Assembly (NCBI GenBank): GCA_002409445.1
Contig: DHNJ01000120.1
Coordinates: forward strand, 21,444 to 65,775
Length of the DNA: 44,332 bases
Direction: 5' to 3'
Source of the DNA: Armatimonadetes bacterium UBA5419
Lineage (GTDB): Bacteria > Armatimonadota > UBA10988
A program made the translations under genes and the position numbers. Position 1 is the first letter of the stretch; each line of letters begins with the position of its first letter. Below are positions 1-9,715 of this stretch, piece after piece. A model generated the notes under the pieces. The model had not been told where the DNA came from and did no database searches. It saw only the letters and a program-made list of their open reading frames with translations.

Positions 1-333
1 GACCGTCAGCTGCTCGCCATCGCGCGAGAGCTGCAGTCGCGGGCCGCCAGCGGCCACCGCCGGCGTCGTGGACCGGCGCAGGCGCACCGTCTCCGCCGCG
101 GTGCCGACCGGCAGCCAGAAGGCGAGCGGCGCATCGGGCAGGTCCGGCGACCACTGCGAGGGTAGGGCCAGCCCACCGGCCGCGCCCGGCACGTAGGCTT
201 CGAGCGGCCCGATGGTGCCCGCGGGCGCGCGCGCGACGACCACCGAACCCGGGGGTGCGCTGGTGACGAAGGCGAAGTCGCCGTCGGCGGCCAGACAGGT
301 CAGGAGCGTGAGCGCACTGAGGCAAGCGGTCAT
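1..333 (-). CDS. Secreted hypothetical protein, partial (runs off the window start)
   Basis: ATG at 333 preceded by GGAGAGG; open frame to base 1 reading MTACLSALTLLTCLAADGDFAFVTSAPPG..., with a signal-peptide-like N-terminus; co-directional with pfp. Confidence 0.6.
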   Translation of the reverse strand, partial: MTACLSALTLLTCLAADGDFAFVTSAPPGSVVVARAPAGTIGPLEAYVPGAAGGLALPSQWSPDLPDAPLAFWLPVGTAAETVRLRRSTTPAVAAGGPRLQLSRDGEQLTV

Positions 334-390
334 CAGCCTCTCCCGCCGCGAAGTTCGAGACGGGAGAGGCGATTCCTTGCGGCGAGTGGA

Positions 391-2043
391 CTAACCGCGT
401 TCGAGCTGGAGCGTAATCGTCGGCTGCTCGCTGACCTCGGCCGGGCCGAAGTACTGGATCGGGCCGGGCTGCGTGTAGCGGTCGTTCAGTGCCCAGTCGG
501 CCTCATGCGCGTGGAACTCGGCCAGCGGCTTGCCGGCCAGGTCGACCAGCGTCTTGCGGATGACCGGCGTCGGCTTGCCCTTACGCTGCTCCATGTTGAG
601 CATCATGGTCACTGGTGTGCCACCCGGCTGCCACTCCTCGTGGTCGGCGAGCAGGTTGCGCACGTGGACGGTGTAGCCCGTGAGCTGCTCGCGGACGAAC
701 ACCGCCGCGGTGTAGCCCAGGGCGTAGCAGTAGCTAGCGTCGAAGTTAGTTGGCGCGGCGCAGCGGCCCTCGTAGCCGAGGAAGTGCCCGATCGTCGAGA
801 ACTTGTAGTCGACGCCATCCTCGGCCTCCAGCAAGCGGATGCGGTCGCCGACGAGGTCGATGAGTAGGCGCTCGGTCTCCACTTGGCTGAGCGGGATGTT
901 GCCGTGACTGTCGCTGGTCAGGAGGACCTCCTGCACCGAGCGCGGCATTGCCGCGTAGCTCTGGGCCGCGCCGGCGCTCAGTTCATTGATGACGAACTGG
1001 AACCGCTCGGTGTGTGTATCGATCGAGCGCAGGTAGGCCTCGTTCTTGTGCAGGATGTCCTGCAATTCACGGACGAGGGTCTGCAGGTCCGGCATGAACT
1101 CGATGATGCCCTCGGGCACCAGCAGCACGCCGTAGTGACGGCCGGCCTTGGCCCGCTCGACGACGACGTTGGCGATGCGTTCGACGACCGCGGCCAGCGT
1201 CTCGCCGTCCGCTTCGACCTGCTCGGAGATCAGTGTTACGTTGGGCTGCGTCTGCAGCGCGCACTCGAGCGTCACGTGGCTCGCCGCACGGCCCATGAGG
1301 CGGATGAAGTGCCAGTACTTGACCGCCGACGTTGCGTCACGCGCGATGTTGCCGATCAACTCAGAGTAGACCTTGCAGGCAGTGTCGAAGCCGAACGAGG
1401 CCTCGATCTGCTCGTTCTTCATATCGCCGTCGATGGTCTTCGGCACGCCAACGACGACCGTCGAGCTGCCCTCCGCCCGCAGGTACTCGGCGAGGACCGC
1501 GGCGTTGGTGTTCGAGTCGTCGCCGCCAACGATGACCAGGCCGTCGAGTTCGAGCTGCTGGAAGTTGGCCAAGCAGGCGGCCAGGTGGTCCGGCGTCTCG
1601 ATCTTGTCACGGCCGGACATGATCATGTTGAAGCCACCAGTATTGCGGTACGGCTCGATGAACTCCGCGGTGAGTTCGACATACTGGCCCTTGATGACCC
1701 CCGCGGGGCCCTTGAGGAAGCCGAGCAACACGCTGTCGGGGTGGAGCGACTTGAGCGCGTCAAACAGACCAGCGATGACGTTGTGGCCACCGGGCGCTTG
1801 GCCGCCCGAGAGAACGACGCCGACGCGCAGTGGGCGTGTGGCAGGTGTCGGCTCGGCCGGGACGAGACGAGCCATGGGCTGGCCGATTGTCTGCGGGAAG
1901 AGGGCGGCGATGGCTTCAGCGTCACTGCTGGGGGCAGTTCGCTCGCCCAGCTCCACGCGCTGGGCATCGCCGCGCAGGACCGCGGGCAAGTGCGGCACAT
2001 AGCCCGCACGGGCGGCTTGTAGGCTAGAAACGTCACGACTCAT
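391..2043 (-). CDS. pfp: Pyrophosphate--fructose-6-phosphate 1-phosphotransferase (PPi-dependent PFK, long clade)
   Basis: Motifs LSGGQAPGGHNV, GGDDSNTNA, PKTIDGD, RLMGR and GYEGR; GAGGAG RBS. Confidence 0.95.
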   Translation of the reverse strand: MSRDVSSLQAARAGYVPHLPAVLRGDAQRVELGERTAPSSDAEAIAALFPQTIGQPMARLVPAEPTPATRPLRVGVVLSGGQAPGGHNVIAGLFDALKSLHPDSVLLGFLKGPAGVIKGQYVELTAEFIEPYRNTGGFNMIMSGRDKIETPDHLAACLANFQQLELDGLVIVGGDDSNTNAAVLAEYLRAEGSSTVVVGVPKTIDGDMKNEQIEASFGFDTACKVYSELIGNIARDATSAVKYWHFIRLMGRAASHVTLECALQTQPNVTLISEQVEADGETLAAVVERIANVVVERAKAGRHYGVLLVPEGIIEFMPDLQTLVRELQDILHKNEAYLRSIDTHTERFQFVINELSAGAAQSYAAMPRSVQEVLLTSDSHGNIPLSQVETERLLIDLVGDRIRLLEAEDGVDYKFSTIGHFLGYEGRCAAPTNFDASYCYALGYTAAVFVREQLTGYTVHVRNLLADHEEWQPGGTPVTMMLNMEQRKGKPTPVIRKTLVDLAGKPLAEFHAHEADWALNDRYTQPGPIQYFGPAEVSEQPTITLQLERG

Positions 2044-2088
2044 CGGCGTTAACTCCTCGGATTCTTATCGTAATCGGCTTGGGGAGTT

Positions 2089-2117
2089 ATGGTATCCGTA
2101 TAAGGCCAGTCTTACAA
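2089..2117 (-). promoter_or_regulatory. Putative sigma70 promoter of pfp
   Basis: Minus strand TTGTAA-N17-TACCAT in an AT-rich intergenic region. Confidence 0.5.
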
Positions 2118-2189
2118 ATCACGCCCTGCACCGCGGCCACCCGCGGCTGACCCCAATGTGCCGGCCGGCGTGATGAGGGAGCCGACCAG

Positions 2190-3701
2190 ATGCAGCCAAA
2201 CGAGATCCTGACCACCAGCCAGCAGGCCACCGAAGGCGTCGTTGCGCGCGGCAGCCGCACCCAAAGCTGGCAGCCGCCTGCGGGCACCCGCGGGCCGCTC
2301 GACATCACCTTCCTCCTGGCCTTCGCCGAGGATGACCTACTGGACCGTCCCGGTGAGCTGGCGCAGTCGTGCCTGGACCGGCTGATGCCGCTGCTGACCG
2401 CCGCGCCGAGCGAGGCCGACGGCACCGCGCTGGACGCGATTGCCTATCATCTCTTCGACGCTCTGCTCGGCGTGGATGCCGATCTGCGCGACCGGGGGCA
2501 GTCGTGTTCCGTGGCCTGCCTGGCGTTCCATGCGGACGGATTCGTACTCGCGCGCACCGGTGCCATCGCCGCCTACCACGTGCGCGGCACACGGATGAAC
2601 GATCTGGGCGGCGCGGTGTCGCCTGAACTGGGCCGCTGCGAGCCGGCTGACGTCCGCGTCGGCGTGGGCAACCTCGCCGTCGGCGACCGCCTGGTGGTCG
2701 CCGGCGCGAACCTGCCGCTGGCAGCGGCCGCACGGCAGGACAGCTTCGCGCGCGTGGCGAGCGTTGGCGACCTGGACCTGGCCGGCAAAGAGGTCAGCGC
2801 CTGGGCTGCGGCAAGTGGGTTGCCCGCACCGCTGGTCGCCGTCACGACACTCCAGGAGCCGCTGCCTGCGCCCGCGCCGGAACCGCCGGCGCCGCGCGTG
2901 CCGCGGACGACCACGTTCGACCTCGACTCGCAGCCGGCCCCGCGCCCCGTGATGCCCACGCCCCCGGCCCGGCCCGCGCCGACTCCGGAGCCGGCCAAGC
3001 CGACACCGGCGGTCGTGCCCGTGCCTACGCGCGTGGACGACACGGCGCCAGACCGCGACTACACCCGCCCGCGCTACGGCGTCGAGGACGAGGACGGTCC
3101 GCGCTCGCGGAAGCGCACGTCGGCGGGACCGGCGGGCGAAGGGCCGATCAGCTGGATCGAGCGGATTGAGGGCCTGGACCTACGCCAGTGGGTCACGATC
3201 GGCATCGGTTTGGTGCTCATCGCGGGTATCATCGGCACCCTCTGGGGTCGCCGCAGCGAGCCGCGGCCGACCGCCAACGAGATCATCCTGACCGCACCCG
3301 CGCCGCTACCCGTGCCACAGCAAACACCGCAGCCGGCGCCGACCGCACCCGCCGCGACCGCTGCCCCAGCCCCTGCGGCGCCGACCGTGGTGGCCGACGT
3401 GACGCTCGGAGCCACCGGACGGGAAGTCAGCTTGGCGTTCGGCGCCGGGGCACCGGTCACGGTCACTGGCCGGGGTAACTACACCGCGCGCCGCGACGGC
3501 GACACAGCTGTCTTCACACTCCGCTCGACCGCGGCTGGCAAGCCGTTCATCCTGCGTAATGCGCAAGGCGAGGCAATGCTGTCGGGCGACCTTTCCGCGA
3601 CGATTTCGCCCGCCGCTTCGTTGCCCCTCGGCACCTACACGCTGGTTCTGGACCGCACGGTCGAGGTCGCTGAGATCGTGGTTGGTGACACCGCTCCGTA
3701 G
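2190..3701 (+). CDS. Bitopic membrane protein: degenerate PP2C/PPM-phosphatase-like N-domain, Pro-rich linker, one TM helix, extracytoplasmic beta-rich domain
   Basis: ARTGAIAAYHVRG resembles AHVGDSRAYxxR and LAVGDRLVVAGANL resembles LxPGDxLLLCSDGL; TM WVTIGIGLVLIAGIIGTLW; PAP-rich linkers. Confidence 0.6.
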   Translation: MQPNEILTTSQQATEGVVARGSRTQSWQPPAGTRGPLDITFLLAFAEDDLLDRPGELAQSCLDRLMPLLTAAPSEADGTALDAIAYHLFDALLGVDADLRDRGQSCSVACLAFHADGFVLARTGAIAAYHVRGTRMNDLGGAVSPELGRCEPADVRVGVGNLAVGDRLVVAGANLPLAAAARQDSFARVASVGDLDLAGKEVSAWAAASGLPAPLVAVTTLQEPLPAPAPEPPAPRVPRTTTFDLDSQPAPRPVMPTPPARPAPTPEPAKPTPAVVPVPTRVDDTAPDRDYTRPRYGVEDEDGPRSRKRTSAGPAGEGPISWIERIEGLDLRQWVTIGIGLVLIAGIIGTLWGRRSEPRPTANEIILTAPAPLPVPQQTPQPAPTAPAATAAPAPAAPTVVADVTLGATGREVSLAFGAGAPVTVTGRGNYTARRDGDTAVFTLRSTAAGKPFILRNAQGEAMLSGDLSATISPAASLPLGTYTLVLDRTVEVAEIVVGDTAP

Positions 3702-3722
3702 CGCGCCAGTTACCCGGTGAGC

Positions 3723-3751
3723 TTGACAATCGTTCTCGCCCTTGACAAACT
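3723..3751 (+). promoter_or_regulatory. Putative sigma70 promoter of the DUF1559 gene
   Basis: TTGACA (3723-3728)-N17-CAAACT (3746-3751); a second TTGACA lies at 3742. Confidence 0.45.
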
Positions 3752-3795
3752 CCCCGTAGCAGCCGCCGAGAGCGCGGCTTGCGGGGAGTGTCACG

Positions 3796-4554
<759 letters not shown>

Positions 4555-4671
4555 GTCTGAGCGGCGAGTTTCCCGATCGGGCTGACTGCTATCACAGTTG
4601 GCCCGGTTGGTTATTTGGGGCCAGAGCAGGAGCCCCGGGGGCCGCGGCGAAGGCCGGCGCGGGAGGCATCG

Positions 4672-5817
4672 ATGGCCAACTCGCGCAGTTCACAGCTCTA
4701 TCCCGTCGACCTCGAACGCTTCTGGGCTGATGACCGCGCCAGCCACGGCAAGCACTTCTCGACCGACAAGCCACAGGTCCCCCTGGGTATCCACATGCCG
4801 GCCCAGTGCATCTACGACGAACTCGGCCTCGACCTGCCGGCCGACGCACCGGCTGAGTTCGGGCCGTACGAGGTGCCGGTGGAGTTGCGTCGCGCGTACA
4901 ACGAGAAGGCGCGGACGGTCGTCGGCCGCGCCTTCTTCCCCGAGGACGATCCCCCGCCCGCTGATGCGCGCTTCCCCGCCCTACGCGGCCTGACCGACAT
5001 CTTCGAGGCCCCGGTGCGGCAGGTCGGTGGCACCGACTGGGTTATGCAGGCAGCCGATACGCCGGCAGAACTGGAAGCGCTGCTCGACCGCGTTGAGGGG
5101 CGCGACCTGCGCAGCTTCGTCGTGCCGGACAACTGGGAGAGCGAGGTCCAACGCATCTACGGGCGCTATGGCCGCAAACCCGGGCTGGGCGCGGGTGTGC
5201 GCGGCCCGGTCACTGCGGCGATGAGCATCTACGGCGTCGAGAACCTGATCTACCTGATCATGGACGAGCCGGAACTGGCCGCGCGCTTCGCCAAGGTCAT
5301 GGCGGACGTGATCATCGGCTTGGGCGAGATCTGGCGCGAGCTGAGTGGGCAACCGGACCGCCGCGGGTGGCATTTCAACGACGACGACTGCTGCCTGCTC
5401 AACGCCGAGCTGTACGAGTTCTGGGCGCAGCCCATCCTGCGCCGGGTCTTCGACACGTTCTCGCCCGACCCGAGCGACTGGCGCTTCCAGCACTCGGATA
5501 GCGCGATGGGCCATCTGATGCCGTTGTTGCGTGAGGTGGGGCTGCGCGGGGCGAACTTTGGGCCGACGGTGCCCGCCGCGGAGATCCGCGCAGCGATGCC
5601 CGAGACCGTGATCTTCGGTCAGTTGGCACCCTGGACGTTTGCTCGTGGCACCGACGACGAGGTCGCCGCCGAGGTCCGCCGCGACATCCAGCAGGCGGCG
5701 GAGGGCGGGGGCCTGGTCATCGCCACCGCCGGTTCGATCAACCCCGGCAGCCTCCTCTCGGGCCTGCGCGCGGCGATGTCCGTGATCCAGAACGAGGGCC
5801 GCCACCAGCCGCTCTAG
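4672..5817 (+). CDS. Uroporphyrinogen decarboxylase (URO-D/MtaA-like) family protein
   Basis: GGGAGG RBS then ATG 4672; RGPVTAA...GVENL, DDDCCLL..ELYE.W, HSDS, GQLAP and LVIATAGSINPG are typical of the URO-D-like barrel. Confidence 0.75.
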   Translation: MANSRSSQLYPVDLERFWADDRASHGKHFSTDKPQVPLGIHMPAQCIYDELGLDLPADAPAEFGPYEVPVELRRAYNEKARTVVGRAFFPEDDPPPADARFPALRGLTDIFEAPVRQVGGTDWVMQAADTPAELEALLDRVEGRDLRSFVVPDNWESEVQRIYGRYGRKPGLGAGVRGPVTAAMSIYGVENLIYLIMDEPELAARFAKVMADVIIGLGEIWRELSGQPDRRGWHFNDDDCCLLNAELYEFWAQPILRRVFDTFSPDPSDWRFQHSDSAMGHLMPLLREVGLRGANFGPTVPAAEIRAAMPETVIFGQLAPWTFARGTDDEVAAEVRRDIQQAAEGGGLVIATAGSINPGSLLSGLRAAMSVIQNEGRHQPL

Positions 5818-5869
5818 CCGGCAGAGACGTTGCATCCAGGTAAGGTATGATAGGCTGCGGAGGTGTCTG

Positions 5870-6994
5870 ATGCAGTACCGTACCTTCGGTGATAGTGGCG
5901 TTTCTGTCTCGCGGTTGGGCTTTGGTGCGATGCGCTTGCCGATGCACGAAGTCGACGGCAAGCGGGTGATCGACGAGGACCTGGCGATCCCGATGCTCCA
6001 GCGGGCCTTCGAGCTGGGCGTCAACTACGTCGACACCGCCCTGTTCTACTGTGACGGCCAGAGCGAGATCGTCGTCGGCAAGGCCCTGAAGGGCTGGCGC
6101 GACAAGGTCACCTTGTCCAGCAAGTACCCGGTTAGCCCCGACCGGCCGTACCGCGCGACGTTGGAGAAGCAGCTGGAGAAGCTCGATACCGACCGCATCG
6201 ACTTCTACCACTTCCACGGGATCGGCCAGGGCTTCCTCGACCACCCGCAGCGCGATGAGTACATCGCCGCGGCCCAGAAGGCCAAGGATGAAGGGCTGAT
6301 CGGCCACATCTCGTTCAGCTTCCACGATGCGCCGGAGGTGCTCTGCCGGCTAGTCGACCTGGGCATCTTCTCCTCGGTCCTCTGCCAGTACAACCTGCTC
6401 GACCGCGCCAACGAGGTCGGCTTGGCCTACGCCAAAGAGCACGGGCTGGGCACCGTGGTCATGGGGCCGGTCGGTGGCGGCCGGATCGCCGGCATGGCGC
6501 CGGAGAAGGCGGCCGAACTGGGCGTGCAGGTGACCTCCTCGGCGGAATTAGCGCTGCGCTTCGTCCTGGCCAACCCCAACGTCGACATCGCTCTGTCGGG
6601 CATGAGCACGATCGCGATGGTCGAGGAGAATGCCAATACCGCGGCGACCTCCGGGCCGCTGAGCGTCGAAGAGGCCGAGCGCGTGAATGCGGCGATGGCG
6701 GAGAACCGTCGCCTGGCCGAGCTCTACTGCACGGGCTGCGACTATTGCCGGCCGCACTGCCCCAACGAGGTTCACATCCCGCGGATCTTCGAGGCGATGA
6801 ACTGGCAGCGCATCTACGGCCTCACCGAGCATGCGCAGCAGATGTACGACAGCATCGGCTCAAAGCACCACCCGGGCGCCAAGGCCGACGTCTGCAGCCA
6901 GTGCGGCGAGTGCGAGGAGCACTGCCCCCAGCACATCCAGATCCGCCAGCAACTCATCGAGTGCCTCGAAGTCTTCGGTGGCACGCCCGTCTAG
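5870..6994 (+). CDS. Aldo/keto reductase with C-terminal 4Fe-4S dicluster domain
   Basis: VSRLGFGAMRLP, GVNYVDTA..Y, SK, DFYHFH; CTGCDYCRPHCP and CSQCGECEEHCP. Confidence 0.92.
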   Translation: MQYRTFGDSGVSVSRLGFGAMRLPMHEVDGKRVIDEDLAIPMLQRAFELGVNYVDTALFYCDGQSEIVVGKALKGWRDKVTLSSKYPVSPDRPYRATLEKQLEKLDTDRIDFYHFHGIGQGFLDHPQRDEYIAAAQKAKDEGLIGHISFSFHDAPEVLCRLVDLGIFSSVLCQYNLLDRANEVGLAYAKEHGLGTVVMGPVGGGRIAGMAPEKAAELGVQVTSSAELALRFVLANPNVDIALSGMSTIAMVEENANTAATSGPLSVEEAERVNAAMAENRRLAELYCTGCDYCRPHCPNEVHIPRIFEAMNWQRIYGLTEHAQQMYDSIGSKHHPGAKADVCSQCGECEEHCPQHIQIRQQLIECLEVFGGTPV

Positions 6995-7056
6995 CGACAA
7001 TAAGACCCTGACATCCTGAACAGTTGCAGCAGACTGTGGGTAGAAGGAGTCTAGTC

Positions 7057-7500
7057 GTGAAGGTGACGGACGCGTTTCGTGGCGAGCATGCGGCCCTGTA
7101 CGCCCAGTTTGACCGGGTGGAAAAGCTGGCGTCGAGCCTGGAGTTGGCGGAACTGAAGCAGCTGGTGGGGACCGTCGAGGCAACCCTGGGTACGCATGCC
7201 ACGCTCGAGGATGAGTTGTTGTTCGATGCCCTCGAGGCGCATCTGGGCACCGGGCCGGGGCCGCTCTACGTCATGCGGCGCGAGCACGAGCGTGTGGAGG
7301 CCGAGTTGGCCCGGGTCGCCGCGGCGACCGAGCTCGACGATGCGCGGGCAGGAGCGGCCGAGTTGACCCGAGTCGCACGCTGCCACTTCGGCAAGGAGGA
7401 GCAGGTGCTGTTCCCCATGGCCCTGGAGTTGCTCGGCGAGCAGCGCATCAAGGAGTTGGGCACCGTGTGGGCCGAGCGGCGCGGGGTCATCCTGGCCTAA
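7057..7500 (+). CDS. Hemerythrin (HHE) domain protein
   Basis: AAGGAG RBS then GTG 7057; EH..L, HATLEDELLF, MRREH and HFGKEEQVLFP. Confidence 0.85.
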   Translation: MKVTDAFRGEHAALYAQFDRVEKLASSLELAELKQLVGTVEATLGTHATLEDELLFDALEAHLGTGPGPLYVMRREHERVEAELARVAAATELDDARAGAAELTRVARCHFGKEEQVLFPMALELLGEQRIKELGTVWAERRGVILA

Positions 7501-7564
7501 CCCCCGCGAGCGATGTTGCGGCAAGCAGGTTCCGACCCGGTGGTGGCGAACTGCCGGGTCGGAG

Positions 7565-9715
7565 TTGTTGATGGCCTTCCCGCTACTACTCGCGGTCTGT
7601 CTCGGCGCGATGCCGCCGCGCGCCGACCTGGTGATCGCCGTCTTCGAGGGCGAGGACTACGGCGGCTGGGTGACCACCGGTGAGGCGTTTGGCGCCGCGC
7701 CCGCGCGTGGCACGCTGCCGGGCCAGATGGCCGTTTCCGGTTACCAGGGCGAGGGCCTGGTCAACACCTACCTGCCGGACGACTCGGGGACCGGCACGCT
7801 GACATCGCCGCCCTTCGCCATCGAGCGCGCCTGGATCAACTTCCTCATCGGCGGGGGCAAGGACGAGGAGCGGCTCCGGCTCGACCTGCTCGTCGACGGC
7901 GAGGTGGTCCGCACCGCGACCGGCCCGAACGACCGGCCCGGCGGCAGTGAGCGGCTGCGCCCGGGCACCTGGAACGTCCAGGACTTGCGCGGCCGCGAGG
8001 CCGTCATCCGCATCACCGACGAGGCGACCGGCGGGTGGGGCCACCTGAACATCGACCATATCGTCCAGAGCGACCGAAAGGCGATCATGCCAATGCCGCA
8101 GACCGTGACCGTGCCCGTCACCGGGCGCCTCCTCCACCTGCCCGTCCGCCGCGGCGCCGACCGGGTGCACGTCACCCTCTCGGCGACGCCCACGCGCCCG
8201 GCGCACACCTTCCCCATCGACCTGGCCTGGGACCGTGAGGTCGAGTGGTGGGCACCGTGCGACCTGGGCATACCGCTGCCCGCGGAGCTGACCATCGCTG
8301 CCGACGAGCTGCCGGAGGACGTCGCCCTAGCCAGCCTGGTCCGCTTCTCGGACACTATTCTCAACAGCGACGACCTCTACCGCGAGCCGTTGCGACCGCA
8401 GTTCCACTTCAGCGCGAAGCGCGGCTGGCTGAACGACCCGAACGGGCTGGTCTGGCACGAGGGCGAGTGGCACCTCTATTTCCAGCACAATCCGTGGGGC
8501 TGGGGCGATGGCATCAAGTACTGGGGTCACGCCATTTCCGACGACCTAGTCCACTGGCGCGAGGTCGAGCAGGCCCTATACCCGGACGAGCTGGGGCCGA
8601 TGTGGTCTGGTTCGGCGGTCATCGACCACGGCCACACGTCTGGCCTGGGCGACCCCGACAAGCCGCTGCTGGTCACGCTGTACACGGCCGCGGGCGCCAG
8701 CCCGTGCCAAGGCCTGGCCTACAGCAACGACCGTGGGCGGACTCTGACCAAGTACGAAGGGAACCCGGTTCTGCCGTACATCGAGGCGGTCAACCGCGAC
8801 CCGAAGGTGATCTGGTACGAGCCGGACCAGAAGTGGGTCATGGCCCTGTACCTCGACCGCGAGGACTTCGCGCTGTTCGAGTCGGCCGACCTTAAGTCGT
8901 GGACCAAGATCGATGACGTGACGATCCCGGGCTGCAGCGAGTGCCCTGAGTTCTTCGAGATCGGTATCGAGGGGCGACCCGGCGAGACGCGCTGGATCTT
9001 CTACGGCGGCAACGGGCGGTACCAGGTCGGTACGTTCGACGGCCAGCAATTCACGCCCGAGTCGGGGCCGCATCGCATTCACCAGGGCAACTGCTGGTAT
9101 GCGTCGCAGACCTTCACCAACGTGCCCGCCGAGGACGGGCGGCGCATCCTGATCGCCTGGGGCACGGTGAACCTGCCCGACATGCCGTTCAACCAGCAGA
9201 TGTCCGCGCCGATCGAGCTGCGCCTGGTCGAGACGCCGGCCGGCCTGCGGCTGCGCAGCACACCGGTGCGCGAGCTGACCGGCCTGCGGCGCGGCAGCCA
9301 CGCGCTGCCGGCCGGCCCGTTAGCGGCCGGGACGACGCCGCTGCCGACGATCCGGGGCGGGTTGTACGACGTCGAGATCGAGTGGGAACTGGGCACGGCG
9401 GCCTGGGTCGGGCTCAACCTGCGCGGGTTCGAGGTGCGCTATGACCAGGCGGACCAGCGGCTGACCGTCAATGGTGTCAGCGCCCACTGCCCGCTGCGTG
9501 ATGGCCGGCTCTCGCTGCGACTGCTGGTCGACCGCGCGTCAATCGAAGCGTGGGCCCAGGGCGGCGAAGCCTACCTGCCGGTGCAGGCGGTGGCCGGACC
9601 CGAGCAGGAGGCAGTTGAACTGGTCGCCTCCGGCCCGGGCGCGCGCATCGTCAGCGGCACGGTGTACGAGCTGGGGTCGATCTGGCCCTCGCCGGCGGTC
9701 GCCGCGCGGCCCTAA
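7565..9715 (+). CDS. Secreted glycoside hydrolase family 32 (levanase/beta-fructofuranosidase) with extra N-terminal domains
   Basis: WLNDPNG, WSGSA, RDPKV and ECP catalytic motifs; N-terminal signal-like segment (start may be 7571). Confidence 0.92.
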   Translation: MLMAFPLLLAVCLGAMPPRADLVIAVFEGEDYGGWVTTGEAFGAAPARGTLPGQMAVSGYQGEGLVNTYLPDDSGTGTLTSPPFAIERAWINFLIGGGKDEERLRLDLLVDGEVVRTATGPNDRPGGSERLRPGTWNVQDLRGREAVIRITDEATGGWGHLNIDHIVQSDRKAIMPMPQTVTVPVTGRLLHLPVRRGADRVHVTLSATPTRPAHTFPIDLAWDREVEWWAPCDLGIPLPAELTIAADELPEDVALASLVRFSDTILNSDDLYREPLRPQFHFSAKRGWLNDPNGLVWHEGEWHLYFQHNPWGWGDGIKYWGHAISDDLVHWREVEQALYPDELGPMWSGSAVIDHGHTSGLGDPDKPLLVTLYTAAGASPCQGLAYSNDRGRTLTKYEGNPVLPYIEAVNRDPKVIWYEPDQKWVMALYLDREDFALFESADLKSWTKIDDVTIPGCSECPEFFEIGIEGRPGETRWIFYGGNGRYQVGTFDGQQFTPESGPHRIHQGNCWYASQTFTNVPAEDGRRILIAWGTVNLPDMPFNQQMSAPIELRLVETPAGLRLRSTPVRELTGLRRGSHALPAGPLAAGTTPLPTIRGGLYDVEIEWELGTAAWVGLNLRGFEVRYDQADQRLTVNGVSAHCPLRDGRLSLRLLVDRASIEAWAQGGEAYLPVQAVAGPEQEAVELVASGPGARIVSGTVYELGSIWPSPAVAARP

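Noticed and set aside
883-2022. 379-aa plus-strand ORF
   Set aside because: Antisense shadow of pfp; high GC3 suppresses stops on the opposite strand; no motifs
2860-3400. Low-complexity CCG/GCG-rich repeats
   Set aside because: They encode Pro/Ala linkers and are not a DNA repeat element
7018-7038. Short inverted repeat ACAGT...ACTGT upstream of the hemerythrin gene as an FNR/CRP site
   Set aside because: Only 5-bp arms and no match to TTGAT-N4-ATCAA or TGTGA-N6-TCACA
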